Shown: piece after piece, positions 57,088 to 64,000 of the stretch
Layout of the letters: the number at the start of each line of letters is the position of its first letter
How positions within the stretch are numbered: the stretch's first letter is position 1
Sequence record: NC_006883.2
Reading direction: 5' to 3' (one strand)
DNA: 64,000 nucleotides
The notes under the pieces: generated by a model
What the model was told of the DNA's origin: nothing
Seen by the model: the letters and a program-made list of their open reading frames with translations, nothing else
The model's database searches: none
Position numbers and translations under genes: made by a program

Positions 57088-57447
57088 ATGAAACACGAAA
57101 TAATGTGGTGGATGAGTAGATTAACTATTATGCTCACTTCACTTTTCTTATCGTTCTCACTAGCACAATCAGCTTGGGCAACAGAAGTTACGATGGGTTC
57201 AAATGGGAACTTAGTTTTTGAACCAAATGATATTACTATTAACGCTGGTGATACAGTTACCTTTACTAATGGAGCATTACCTCCACACAATATGATAGTA
57301 AAGGATCATCCAGAATTATCACACGGAGATCTAGCATTTGCTACTGGTGATAGTTTCGATGTTACATTCCCAGATGCAGGAGACTTTGAGTTTCAATGCG
57401 ATCCTCATGCTGGTGCAGGTATGAAGGGGGTTATCCATGTTCAGTAG
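57088..57447 (+). CDS. petE: plastocyanin
   Basis: Signal peptide AWA; Cu ligands PHN...C-DP-H-AGAG-M. Confidence 0.95.
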   Translation: MKHEIMWWMSRLTIMLTSLFLSFSLAQSAWATEVTMGSNGNLVFEPNDITINAGDTVTFTNGALPPHNMIVKDHPELSHGDLAFATGDSFDVTFPDAGDFEFQCDPHAGAGMKGVIHVQ

Positions 57448-57571
57448 TTTTGTAGAATGGATAGGGGAGAATATGAATACTCTCGCCCTATTCAGTTGGG
57501 TAATATTTTTACCAATAGGATTCATGACAATAGACGCACCAAGAAACCCAGAGAAGTATAAGCATAAGTGA
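57437..57571 (+). CDS. small membrane peptide (44 aa, not in ORF track)
   Basis: Hydrophobic LALFSWVIFLPIGF. Confidence 0.45.
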   Translation: MFSSFVEWIGENMNTLALFSWVIFLPIGFMTIDAPRNPEKYKHK

Positions 57572-57762
57572 CAGGTGAAGTTGTTTGGGGTGTAATATGG
57601 ATGGTTGCAATACTTCTTGTATTAGTAACTATTGCCATATACTACATATTCATGTATGATACATGGTATCCAAATGACGAAGCAGGGCATGGAGACCAAG
57701 ATAGCAGTCTTGGAAGCGAAAGTAGAACACATGATGGTTCATACGAAAGAACTCACTCTTAG
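57568..57762 (+). CDS. small membrane protein
   Basis: Hydrophobic N-terminus; GTGA overlap. Confidence 0.4.
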   Translation: MTGEVVWGVIWMVAILLVLVTIAIYYIFMYDTWYPNDEAGHGDQDSSLGSESRTHDGSYERTHS

Positions 57763-58144
57763 AGTTCGTGCAAATGAGAAGGTAGTTGCGTCTGTTAGTC
57801 TTTTAGGAGTTATAGCCTGTACTTTTATTGGTGCAGGTTATTTTGCTCCAAAGGCAGATGCTTCTATTGCTGGTGAATGGATACAGAGACTAAGAGATCA
57901 TGAATCAGAACAAACTCGAACTGCTCCAGAAGACTCTATAAATAACTCACTACAAGAACTGGAGTGGGACTATGGGAGCGATGACACCCCCAAGCAGGAA
58001 GAGTTGTTACAACTTCCGAGTAACGGAGATAGTGAAAGTATTAGACGGGGATACGATAGATGTTCTGATCGATCTTGGATTCGATTTATTCAAGAAAGAA
58101 CGGGTAAGAATTGCTGGAGTGGACACCCCAGAGAAAAGAACTAG
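57674..58144 (+). CDS. hypothetical membrane protein
   Basis: Coiled coil plus TM; 3' end overlaps the nuclease. Confidence 0.45.
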   Translation: MTKQGMETKIAVLEAKVEHMMVHTKELTLRVRANEKVVASVSLLGVIACTFIGAGYFAPKADASIAGEWIQRLRDHESEQTRTAPEDSINNSLQELEWDYGSDDTPKQEELLQLPSNGDSESIRRGYDRCSDRSWIRFIQERTGKNCWSGHPREKN

Positions 58145-58433
58145 AGATTTAGAGGAGAAAGCACTTGGTATTGACGCAACTAACTGGCTTAAAGACAAGC
58201 TCGAAAGTACTATTGACGGTGATGATGAGCTTACTATTAGGACTGAACTTGTTGGTGGGGTCGGTAAATATGGTCGTCTTCTTGGGTGGCTTTATATCGG
58301 GGATTCAGACCTGTCGCTTAACGAACAAATGATTACTGAAGGATACGCATGGAGTTATGATGGTGGAACTAAGCAGAAGAATTTTGACGATTTGCGTGAA
58401 ATTAGGAGATCGTTTGGGACTCTGGTCGAGTAA
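57972..58433 (+). CDS. SNase/thermonuclease-like endonuclease
   Basis: VLDGDTI, RVRIAGVDTPE, GKYGRLLG, GYAW.Y. Confidence 0.9.
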   Translation: MGAMTPPSRKSCYNFRVTEIVKVLDGDTIDVLIDLGFDLFKKERVRIAGVDTPEKRTRDLEEKALGIDATNWLKDKLESTIDGDDELTIRTELVGGVGKYGRLLGWLYIGDSDLSLNEQMITEGYAWSYDGGTKQKNFDDLREIRRSFGTLVE

Positions 58434-58520
58434 CAATCAAGTGTATATTGATATACACGGTAAAACTGGTAGAAGATTATATGCTGAATGGTCTATACCA
58501 ACTAAAGAATATGAAGAAGC

Positions 58521-59069
58521 ATGAAGGTTGAAGTATATGATGATTTTTTAGAAGATGAAAAATTCCGTTGGGTTCAAAATCAAATGCTCGGAACATCTTT
58601 TAATTGGCATTTTTCGACAGTATTAAATCCAGAAGTAGATACTATAGATTGTAATGAATTAGAAAATATTCAATTCTCTAATTGGTTATATCATGGTCTT
58701 GAACCAGGAGGACCTGAATATGGTATTGTTGAACCTTTTATTAGTGATCCTAGATTGGGTATAACAGCTTTGGTAAGAATCAAAGCTAATTTAACTATGA
58801 GAACACCTAAAGTAATTACGCATGGTTTTCATAAAGATGGTAAATGTCATCATACTAGTGCTATATACTATGTTAATAGTAATGATGGATATACTGAATT
58901 TGAAGATGGAACTCAAATTGAAAGTATAGGGAATAGATTACTTGTATTTGATTCTCAAATATCACATACAGGATCTACTTGCACTAACGCTAGAGTTAGA
59001 TGTGTGATTAATTTTAATTATTATACCAGTAAACATATTATAGAAGATGGACATACAAAAGGTAGCTAG
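58521..59069 (+). CDS. 2OG-Fe(II) oxygenase-like protein
   Basis: FHKD, NRLLVFDSQISH, RCVINFN. Confidence 0.8.
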   Translation: MKVEVYDDFLEDEKFRWVQNQMLGTSFNWHFSTVLNPEVDTIDCNELENIQFSNWLYHGLEPGGPEYGIVEPFISDPRLGITALVRIKANLTMRTPKVITHGFHKDGKCHHTSAIYYVNSNDGYTEFEDGTQIESIGNRLLVFDSQISHTGSTCTNARVRCVINFNYYTSKHIIEDGHTKGS

Positions 59070-59304
59070 TACAGGCACAGCAGTAGCAGTTCTAGGAACT
59101 GGTGCTTTTGTTGGTGGTAATCACCAGATTGATAAGATGCAAGGTGGTCCTCAGAAGAGAGAGGATGCTAAGATAGAAGCAATCCGACAGGTAGTAAGAG
59201 AAGAAATTTATATACAGTTAGTTAATAACTGGCCTAAGAGCTCTGGACCCGTTAAAGGTCTTACAGTTCCCAAACAAGATTATAGAAAGGAGGTTCCTAA
59301 GTAA
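59047..59304 (+). CDS. hypothetical protein
   Basis: N-terminal hydrophobic segment. Confidence 0.55.
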   Translation: MDIQKVASTGTAVAVLGTGAFVGGNHQIDKMQGGPQKREDAKIEAIRQVVREEIYIQLVNNWPKSSGPVKGLTVPKQDYRKEVPK

Positions 59305-59939
59305 TGGGTATACCTACACAAGCAGATGATGACGGAGTTGTTCGTGGATGGGGAAATGTTTTTGATGTTGGTAAGGAACTTATAATAGATAATTTACCAC
59401 AGATAGAAACTCCTTTCTTTAGAACTAAATTTGAAGAACCAGATATAGAAGAATATATTGGAAGAGTTCGTGAACATGAACGTCTTCATCAGTTTTTAGA
59501 GTGTGAAGAGAAACATACTGATAATAAAGAGAATGATCCTTTAAAAATATTTCAACAAGATGGTAATGGTAAAGCAACTAATGCTGCTGTAACACCAGAG
59601 GAGAATGATTTACGTGGATGGAGAGAAGGATTACAAACAGTTGGTGAAGAGAACTGGGAGTTTTATCCTGATGATGATATGAATAATCCCCAAGGACAAT
59701 TCCTTGGACCAATAAGAAACGATGATTATTACTTATCTGGTTGCCATGATACTTATTCGGAAGTTATGTTGGGTGAATATGCAGCATATAAAGGTGCTCA
59801 ATTTGAACTAACAACACTTGGTATAATATTACTTACTATGGTATCGTGGTCTTTTAAAAATTATATTTGGAAAATAATAAAAGAAAGAGGTATTGCGGAT
59901 GGTAAAAAAGTAATTGATAAGATGAAAGGTGGTAAGTAA
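59304..59939 (+). CDS. hypothetical protein with C-terminal TM
   Basis: Acidic body; LGIILLTMVSW. Confidence 0.55.
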   Translation: MGIPTQADDDGVVRGWGNVFDVGKELIIDNLPQIETPFFRTKFEEPDIEEYIGRVREHERLHQFLECEEKHTDNKENDPLKIFQQDGNGKATNAAVTPEENDLRGWREGLQTVGEENWEFYPDDDMNNPQGQFLGPIRNDDYYLSGCHDTYSEVMLGEYAAYKGAQFELTTLGIILLTMVSWSFKNYIWKIIKERGIADGKKVIDKMKGGK

Positions 59940-60205
59940 TGAAAGGTTATACCAAAGAAGATATTAAAAGGATCTTAGGATCTTCTTGGCCTACTATGCC
60001 TGAAGGTCATGAAACGGGTAATCAATTAAGAAGAAGAAAGGGTAGGGAGATGAGAGAAGGGAAAAGACCTTATCCTACATACCCTGCAAAGAAGGTAGGT
60101 CCAAACTTTGATGAGAATGGAAAATATATTTACCCTGAAGGTAGTGGATTTAATTATATGGATAGATTAGATCCTAATTCTGAATGGGGTGGTAAAGTAT
60201 CATGA
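59939..60205 (+). CDS. hypothetical protein
   Basis: 88 aa, coupled to neighbours. Confidence 0.55.
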   Translation: MKGYTKEDIKRILGSSWPTMPEGHETGNQLRRRKGREMREGKRPYPTYPAKKVGPNFDENGKYIYPEGSGFNYMDRLDPNSEWGGKVS

Positions 60206-61209
60206 GTGGGATACGTAACATACGTCGTGTTACAACTTACGATGCTTCTATACCTCATACTAATAATGTACAAGTAAATGGTGCAAATACAATATATCCA
60301 GTAAATGTAAATGGTATACCATTAAGTAATACTGATTTAATAGTAGTTGATAGTGCTGATAATATACAAGTAGATGGTAATGAGGTGCAATTTGTGAGAA
60401 GTATTCAATCAACAGATACAAATATAAGACCTATTGGTGTGGGTAAGATTGCTGATGCTAGAATATTTGAGAATGGTGCTCCAACAGTAATACCTCCAAC
60501 TGTTCCTGTTACTGAAGTTATAGGAGTTCCTATAGTTAATATGCCTGGTTGTGTAAAGGTACACAAGGAGAATTTAAAGCAGAGATCGAGAAATAAGATG
60601 TTGGTCGATGATGACCCTAAAGGTAATACAGTATTGTGTGATGCTGGTGCTCCTTATTACGATCCAGCAAACTATGATTATAGAGGATTAAGTTGGCAGA
60701 CTGTATATAATGAATCAAACGAAACACCTGAAGGTATTGATACTGGAGAACCACCTGCACCTGAGATACCAGATGCTCCATCAGCACCTGAAACACCAGG
60801 AAAAACTGCTGAAGGACCAGTAGAATGTCCACCACCTAATGCAAGACGTATAGGAGACTTGAATCAGGCAGGAACAGAAAAAGTTGTTGGATATAAATTA
60901 ACTCCTGACGGAAAAATTTGTGAAACACAATGGGAAACACTTGGTTTTACTGAAAAATATCTACCCAGTGTTCCTATTGTATCTACGACTGCTACTATTG
61001 CTGTGGTTGCGACCAGCTCTGCCCTACTTGCAAAACCCCTAGCGGATTTGCTTTTGAAGGTGATAAAACCTGTTGTGAAGAAGGTTTTAGCCAAGGTAGA
61101 TAAGATAAGGGGGAAGAAGGAGAAGGTTCTTTCTGTACGGGAACGACTTCTTGCTCAACGAGATCGGAATCGGGCGGTGATGGAACTTCGGAAAGCTCTG
61201 AAGAAGTAG
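60202..61209 (+). CDS. hypothetical protein (Pro-rich linker, C-terminal TM and basic tail)
   Basis: PGCV.VH, CPPP, TTATIAVVAT..ALLAKP. Confidence 0.65.
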   Translation: MSGIRNIRRVTTYDASIPHTNNVQVNGANTIYPVNVNGIPLSNTDLIVVDSADNIQVDGNEVQFVRSIQSTDTNIRPIGVGKIADARIFENGAPTVIPPTVPVTEVIGVPIVNMPGCVKVHKENLKQRSRNKMLVDDDPKGNTVLCDAGAPYYDPANYDYRGLSWQTVYNESNETPEGIDTGEPPAPEIPDAPSAPETPGKTAEGPVECPPPNARRIGDLNQAGTEKVVGYKLTPDGKICETQWETLGFTEKYLPSVPIVSTTATIAVVATSSALLAKPLADLLLKVIKPVVKKVLAKVDKIRGKKEKVLSVRERLLAQRDRNRAVMELRKALKK

Positions 61210-62068
61210 AAGTATTAGTATTAGGATTAGTCCACTGTGGTTGTGGTATCTGGTGTTCGTGTGGAATTATCTTTCCACCAGGTGCAGTAACAACTACATC
61301 AGCACATACACTAAAGTATGGTGAGTTAGGGTGGAACATAATACCTTGTTTTTTGAGCTCACCACAATTTTTTAATCTTGCGATCTCAAAGTCTAATCTT
61401 TTGTTAGCAACTAATTGAGCAGCCATAGCATTTTGATTTGCTGCTGCCTCATGACATTGCCTTTGGAATTTTCTATTGAGGGGTAATGAAAGAGTACCAG
61501 AGAGACCTACGTTAAATGATTGGTTTGCTCTCATGTCTGTACGCACAGGTTTAAACCATGATGGTTCCATTTTTCCACCACTATCAACTACATCAGGAAC
61601 ACCATTAGGACTGTCTATATCTTGGATGATACTTATATCTGATCCATCAGGGAACCATCTAATTACTTCTCCAATAGTATTACCATCAGTTCCATCAGAG
61701 ACATATGTTCTATCATCATACCATTCTTCCCACGGGTAGTTCTTGACGGTCACATATGTGGGAACCATCTTACCTGTGGCATCAGTAGTATTGTATTGTG
61801 GTTCATCATAATAATCTTCCCAAGGCCACTTTCTACTATCAGCATATTGTACATACGGTGTAAGGTTAAATGTACTACCTTGACACTGCACACCACCACC
61901 ATAGGTGTTAGTTATGTAAGGACCTTGTAAGACTTGAATTGCTTGGTTAGTGACTGAGCCAGAACTATTCGCTATCGGATTCGCTGTGGCACTCACACCC
62001 CCTACACCCTGTGCATTCACAGGGGCAGTCACAACCACACTCAGAGCAGATAGACATATTGCTTTTAT
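60995..62068 (-). CDS. secreted/periplasmic-type hypothetical protein (probable ATA start)
   Basis: Signal-peptide-like IKAICLSALSVVVTAPVNA; downstream NQAIQVLQGPY. Confidence 0.6.
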   Translation of the reverse strand: MKAICLSALSVVVTAPVNAQGVGGVSATANPIANSSGSVTNQAIQVLQGPYITNTYGGGVQCQGSTFNLTPYVQYADSRKWPWEDYYDEPQYNTTDATGKMVPTYVTVKNYPWEEWYDDRTYVSDGTDGNTIGEVIRWFPDGSDISIIQDIDSPNGVPDVVDSGGKMEPSWFKPVRTDMRANQSFNVGLSGTLSLPLNRKFQRQCHEAAANQNAMAAQLVANKRLDFEIARLKNCGELKKQGIMFHPNSPYFSVCADVVVTAPGGKIIPHEHQIPQPQWTNPNTNTSTSSELSEVPSPPDSDLVEQEVVPVQKEPSPSSPLSYLPWLKPSSQQVLSPSKANPLGVLQVGQSWSQPQQ

Positions 62069-62538
62069 TGGGTAAATGTACTTGTTGTATCGGTAACGCT
62101 TTGTATTGTTGTTACTCTTTGTATTACTGTTTGATTGGTCATTCCTGGTCCAGAATACGTCTGGGTAAATTGAAAGGCTCCACCAGGTTCGCTTATCGTG
62201 AAGTTGTTTTGACCGTTGAAGTTTAATGAATCGAACGAAGAAGTTGTCGCTGCTGCGGTTGCTCCTGTTTCGTCTGTCCCTACGGTTGGTGCTATTTGCA
62301 CTGTTGATGTACTCACACTGGGATTGAGGGCTTCGCCATTGTTGTCTACGCCTACCCCAGTAACGCTGTATTCCCATCCTGTCCTATAGTCAATTGAATT
62401 TATAGTTTCCGTGACCGTAGATTCAGTCTCGGTGTGGCTCGTCATTGAACCCTGCTGGAAATTGGGGACCACTGGCACTGCTCTTACAGCACCAGCACTA
62501 CCTAATAACACTAATATAGTTATAAGACTTTTCATCAC
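62065..62538 (-). CDS. signal-peptide-bearing hypothetical protein
   Basis: AVRA|VPVVPNF; Thr/Ser-rich. Confidence 0.7.
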   Translation of the reverse strand: MMKSLITILVLLGSAGAVRAVPVVPNFQQGSMTSHTETESTVTETINSIDYRTGWEYSVTGVGVDNNGEALNPSVSTSTVQIAPTVGTDETGATAAATTSSFDSLNFNGQNNFTISEPGGAFQFTQTYSGPGMTNQTVIQRVTTIQSVTDTTSTFTQ

Positions 62539-62546
62539 CTAGTTTC

Positions 62547-63047
62547 CTAGTTAATTGTCAACTCAGTTACAAACTGTCCAGTAGCTGAAGTTCCAGCTCC
62601 ACCAGCCGTTACAGTCAAAGCACCTTGCGAAGTTACAGTTCCAGCCAAGGATCCAGCACTTCCTGCAGCAGTAGACAACTGATCACCGTATGCCGAAACA
62701 TCACCGATGTCAGGTCCAGTTGTATCAATTGCGTCAGCTTGGGTAAATGCCTGAGTGAAGCTAAAAGATTCACCAGGATCATCCTGTGTTGCAGCAATAG
62801 TACCAGGAGAATATACACCTGATGCTATAGTACCAGCACTAATTGTGTTAGCTGTCGTTCCATCAGTTGTATCCACATTATTACCTGTGATACTAAATGA
62901 AGATCCAATTCTTTGCATTTGTGTTGCAGCAGCATTGACTGTTAGCTGAACACTAGAAGTCATTCTGGATGTCATATCAGCCTTAGCTGATGGTGCTACC
63001 ACAGCACCAGTCATCAATAACATTACAATGGGTAAGAATCTTTTCAT
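62547..63047 (-). CDS. signal-peptide-bearing Thr/Gly-rich protein
   Basis: AKA|DMTSR; FSFTQ motif similar to FQFTQ in neighbour. Confidence 0.7.
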   Translation of the reverse strand: MKRFLPIVMLLMTGAVVAPSAKADMTSRMTSSVQLTVNAAATQMQRIGSSFSITGNNVDTTDGTTANTISAGTIASGVYSPGTIAATQDDPGESFSFTQAFTQADAIDTTGPDIGDVSAYGDQLSTAAGSAGSLAGTVTSQGALTVTAGGAGTSATGQFVTELTIN

Positions 63048-63148
63048 ATTTCTGAGTATTTCTTACTGTAGCTATATTTAGCATTTGCTAATTTAATACA
63101 CAAATACTAAAAGTATGTTATAATATATAATAAAATTTAGTGTAACCG

Positions 63149-63373
63149 ATGACACAAAATAGTCAGCATCAAACACATTTAGAGTCCGCAATAGAGCAGC
63201 AGAAACAGTTATTGAACGATGTTCAAGAACTTAATAATCAAGTTGCTACTAAAAAAGAAATAATTCTAAAGGTACAAGGTGTGATAGAATATCTACAGCA
63301 AGTAACTGCTGCACCCGAAGAACCAACTGAACCAGTTGTAGTCCCAGAAGAAACTAAGAAATCAAAATCATGA
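63149..63373 (+). CDS. coiled-coil hypothetical protein
   Basis: Heptad repeat; TATAAT upstream. Confidence 0.6.
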   Translation: MTQNSQHQTHLESAIEQQKQLLNDVQELNNQVATKKEIILKVQGVIEYLQQVTAAPEEPTEPVVVPEETKKSKS

Positions 63374-64000
63374 AAATCTTTTTAGATACTGCCGATACTG
63401 ATGCTATTAAACAGCATTATGATACAGGCATCATTGATGGTATTACTACCAATCCAACTTTAATTAGAAAGAGTGGTAGAGATCCTGAAGAAGTATATCA
63501 GGAACTCATTGACTATGGTATCAATGATATTAGTATGGAAGTCGTGGGTGACTATGGTACTATGTTTGAGGAAGGAACTCGTCTTTCTCGTAAGTTCGGT
63601 AAAGCATGTACTGTTAAAGTTCCTTGCACTCCAGATGGTTTGAAAGTTTGTAGAGAACTTTCTAGGGATCTTGTAAATGTTAATGTTACTTTGATTTTCT
63701 CTGCAGCACAAGCAATCCTTGCTGCTAAGTCTGGTGCGAAGTATGTATCACCATTCGTAGGAAGAGTTGATGATAATTCTTTCGTTGGTATGGATCTTAT
63801 AGAACAGATTTCTGACATCTATACTATTCAGAATGTTCATAAGACAGAAATTCTATCAGCATCCATTCGTGATGTGAAGAGTGTTTCTGATTCCTTTGCT
63901 TCAGGTGCTCACGTAGTAACTATGCCACCAACAGTATTTGAGAAGATGTATAACCATGTTCTTACTGATAAAGGTTTATATCTTTTTGATATGGATTGGG
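63370..64000 (+). CDS. talC: transaldolase TalC (3'-truncated by window; absent from ORF track)
   Basis: Translated by hand: MKIFLDTAD, GITTNPTL, VKVPCT, NVTLIFS, YVSPFVGR, SASIR. Confidence 0.95.
   Translation, partial: MKIFLDTADTDAIKQHYDTGIIDGITTNPTLIRKSGRDPEEVYQELIDYGINDISMEVVGDYGTMFEEGTRLSRKFGKACTVKVPCTPDGLKVCRELSRDLVNVNVTLIFSAAQAILAAKSGAKYVSPFVGRVDDNSFVGMDLIEQISDIYTIQNVHKTEILSASIRDVKSVSDSFASGAHVVTMPPTVFEKMYNHVLTDKGLYLFDMDW

Noticed and set aside
62069-62377. N-terminal 103 aa of the track's 460 aa ORF
   Set aside because: It overlaps the upstream gene in another frame and is Arg/Asn/Ser-rich nonsense-like sequence; the signal peptide begins at 62068
3457-63818. Numerous antisense and alternative-frame ORFs in the track (e.g. 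9202-9687, 13392-13680, 28051-28833, 42678-43713, 63460-63818)
   Set aside because: They lie wholly inside well-supported genes and show no motifs, so they are shadow ORFs
1-64000. CRISPR array, integrase or IS element
   Set aside because: No regularly spaced repeats and no recombinase or transposase motifs were seen; the repeats found are short and coding

Overview
A 64 kb AT-rich segment of a T4-like marine cyanomyovirus, probably Prochlorococcus-infecting (P-SSM2-like by gene content). It spans the replication/recombination module: uvsW (partial), gp55, gp47/46, a CobS/CobT-like pair, gp45/44/62, regA, hsp20, gp43, uvsX, gp41, mazG, gp61 and nrdAB. Interleaved are auxiliary genes: purS, purM, a split purH, a PsbN-like protein, petE, a NifU-like protein, talC, dam, a carbamoyltransferase, a flavin halogenase, a lipase and 10 2OG-Fe(II) oxygenases. 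The most notable signals are: (1) an AsnRS-like class II catalytic domain lacking an anticodon-binding domain, followed 9 nt later by an atypical tRNA-Asn(GTT) with a long variable arm; (2) four ORFs, one a nucleotidyltransferase, starting with a T4 capsid-targeting-like peptide; (3) a ROSE-like RNA thermometer over the hsp20 SD; (4) an H-type pseudoknot upstream of the purM cluster; (5) purH split at the domain boundary with the halves in reversed order. All family assignments come from motif recognition by eye. No database searches were run.
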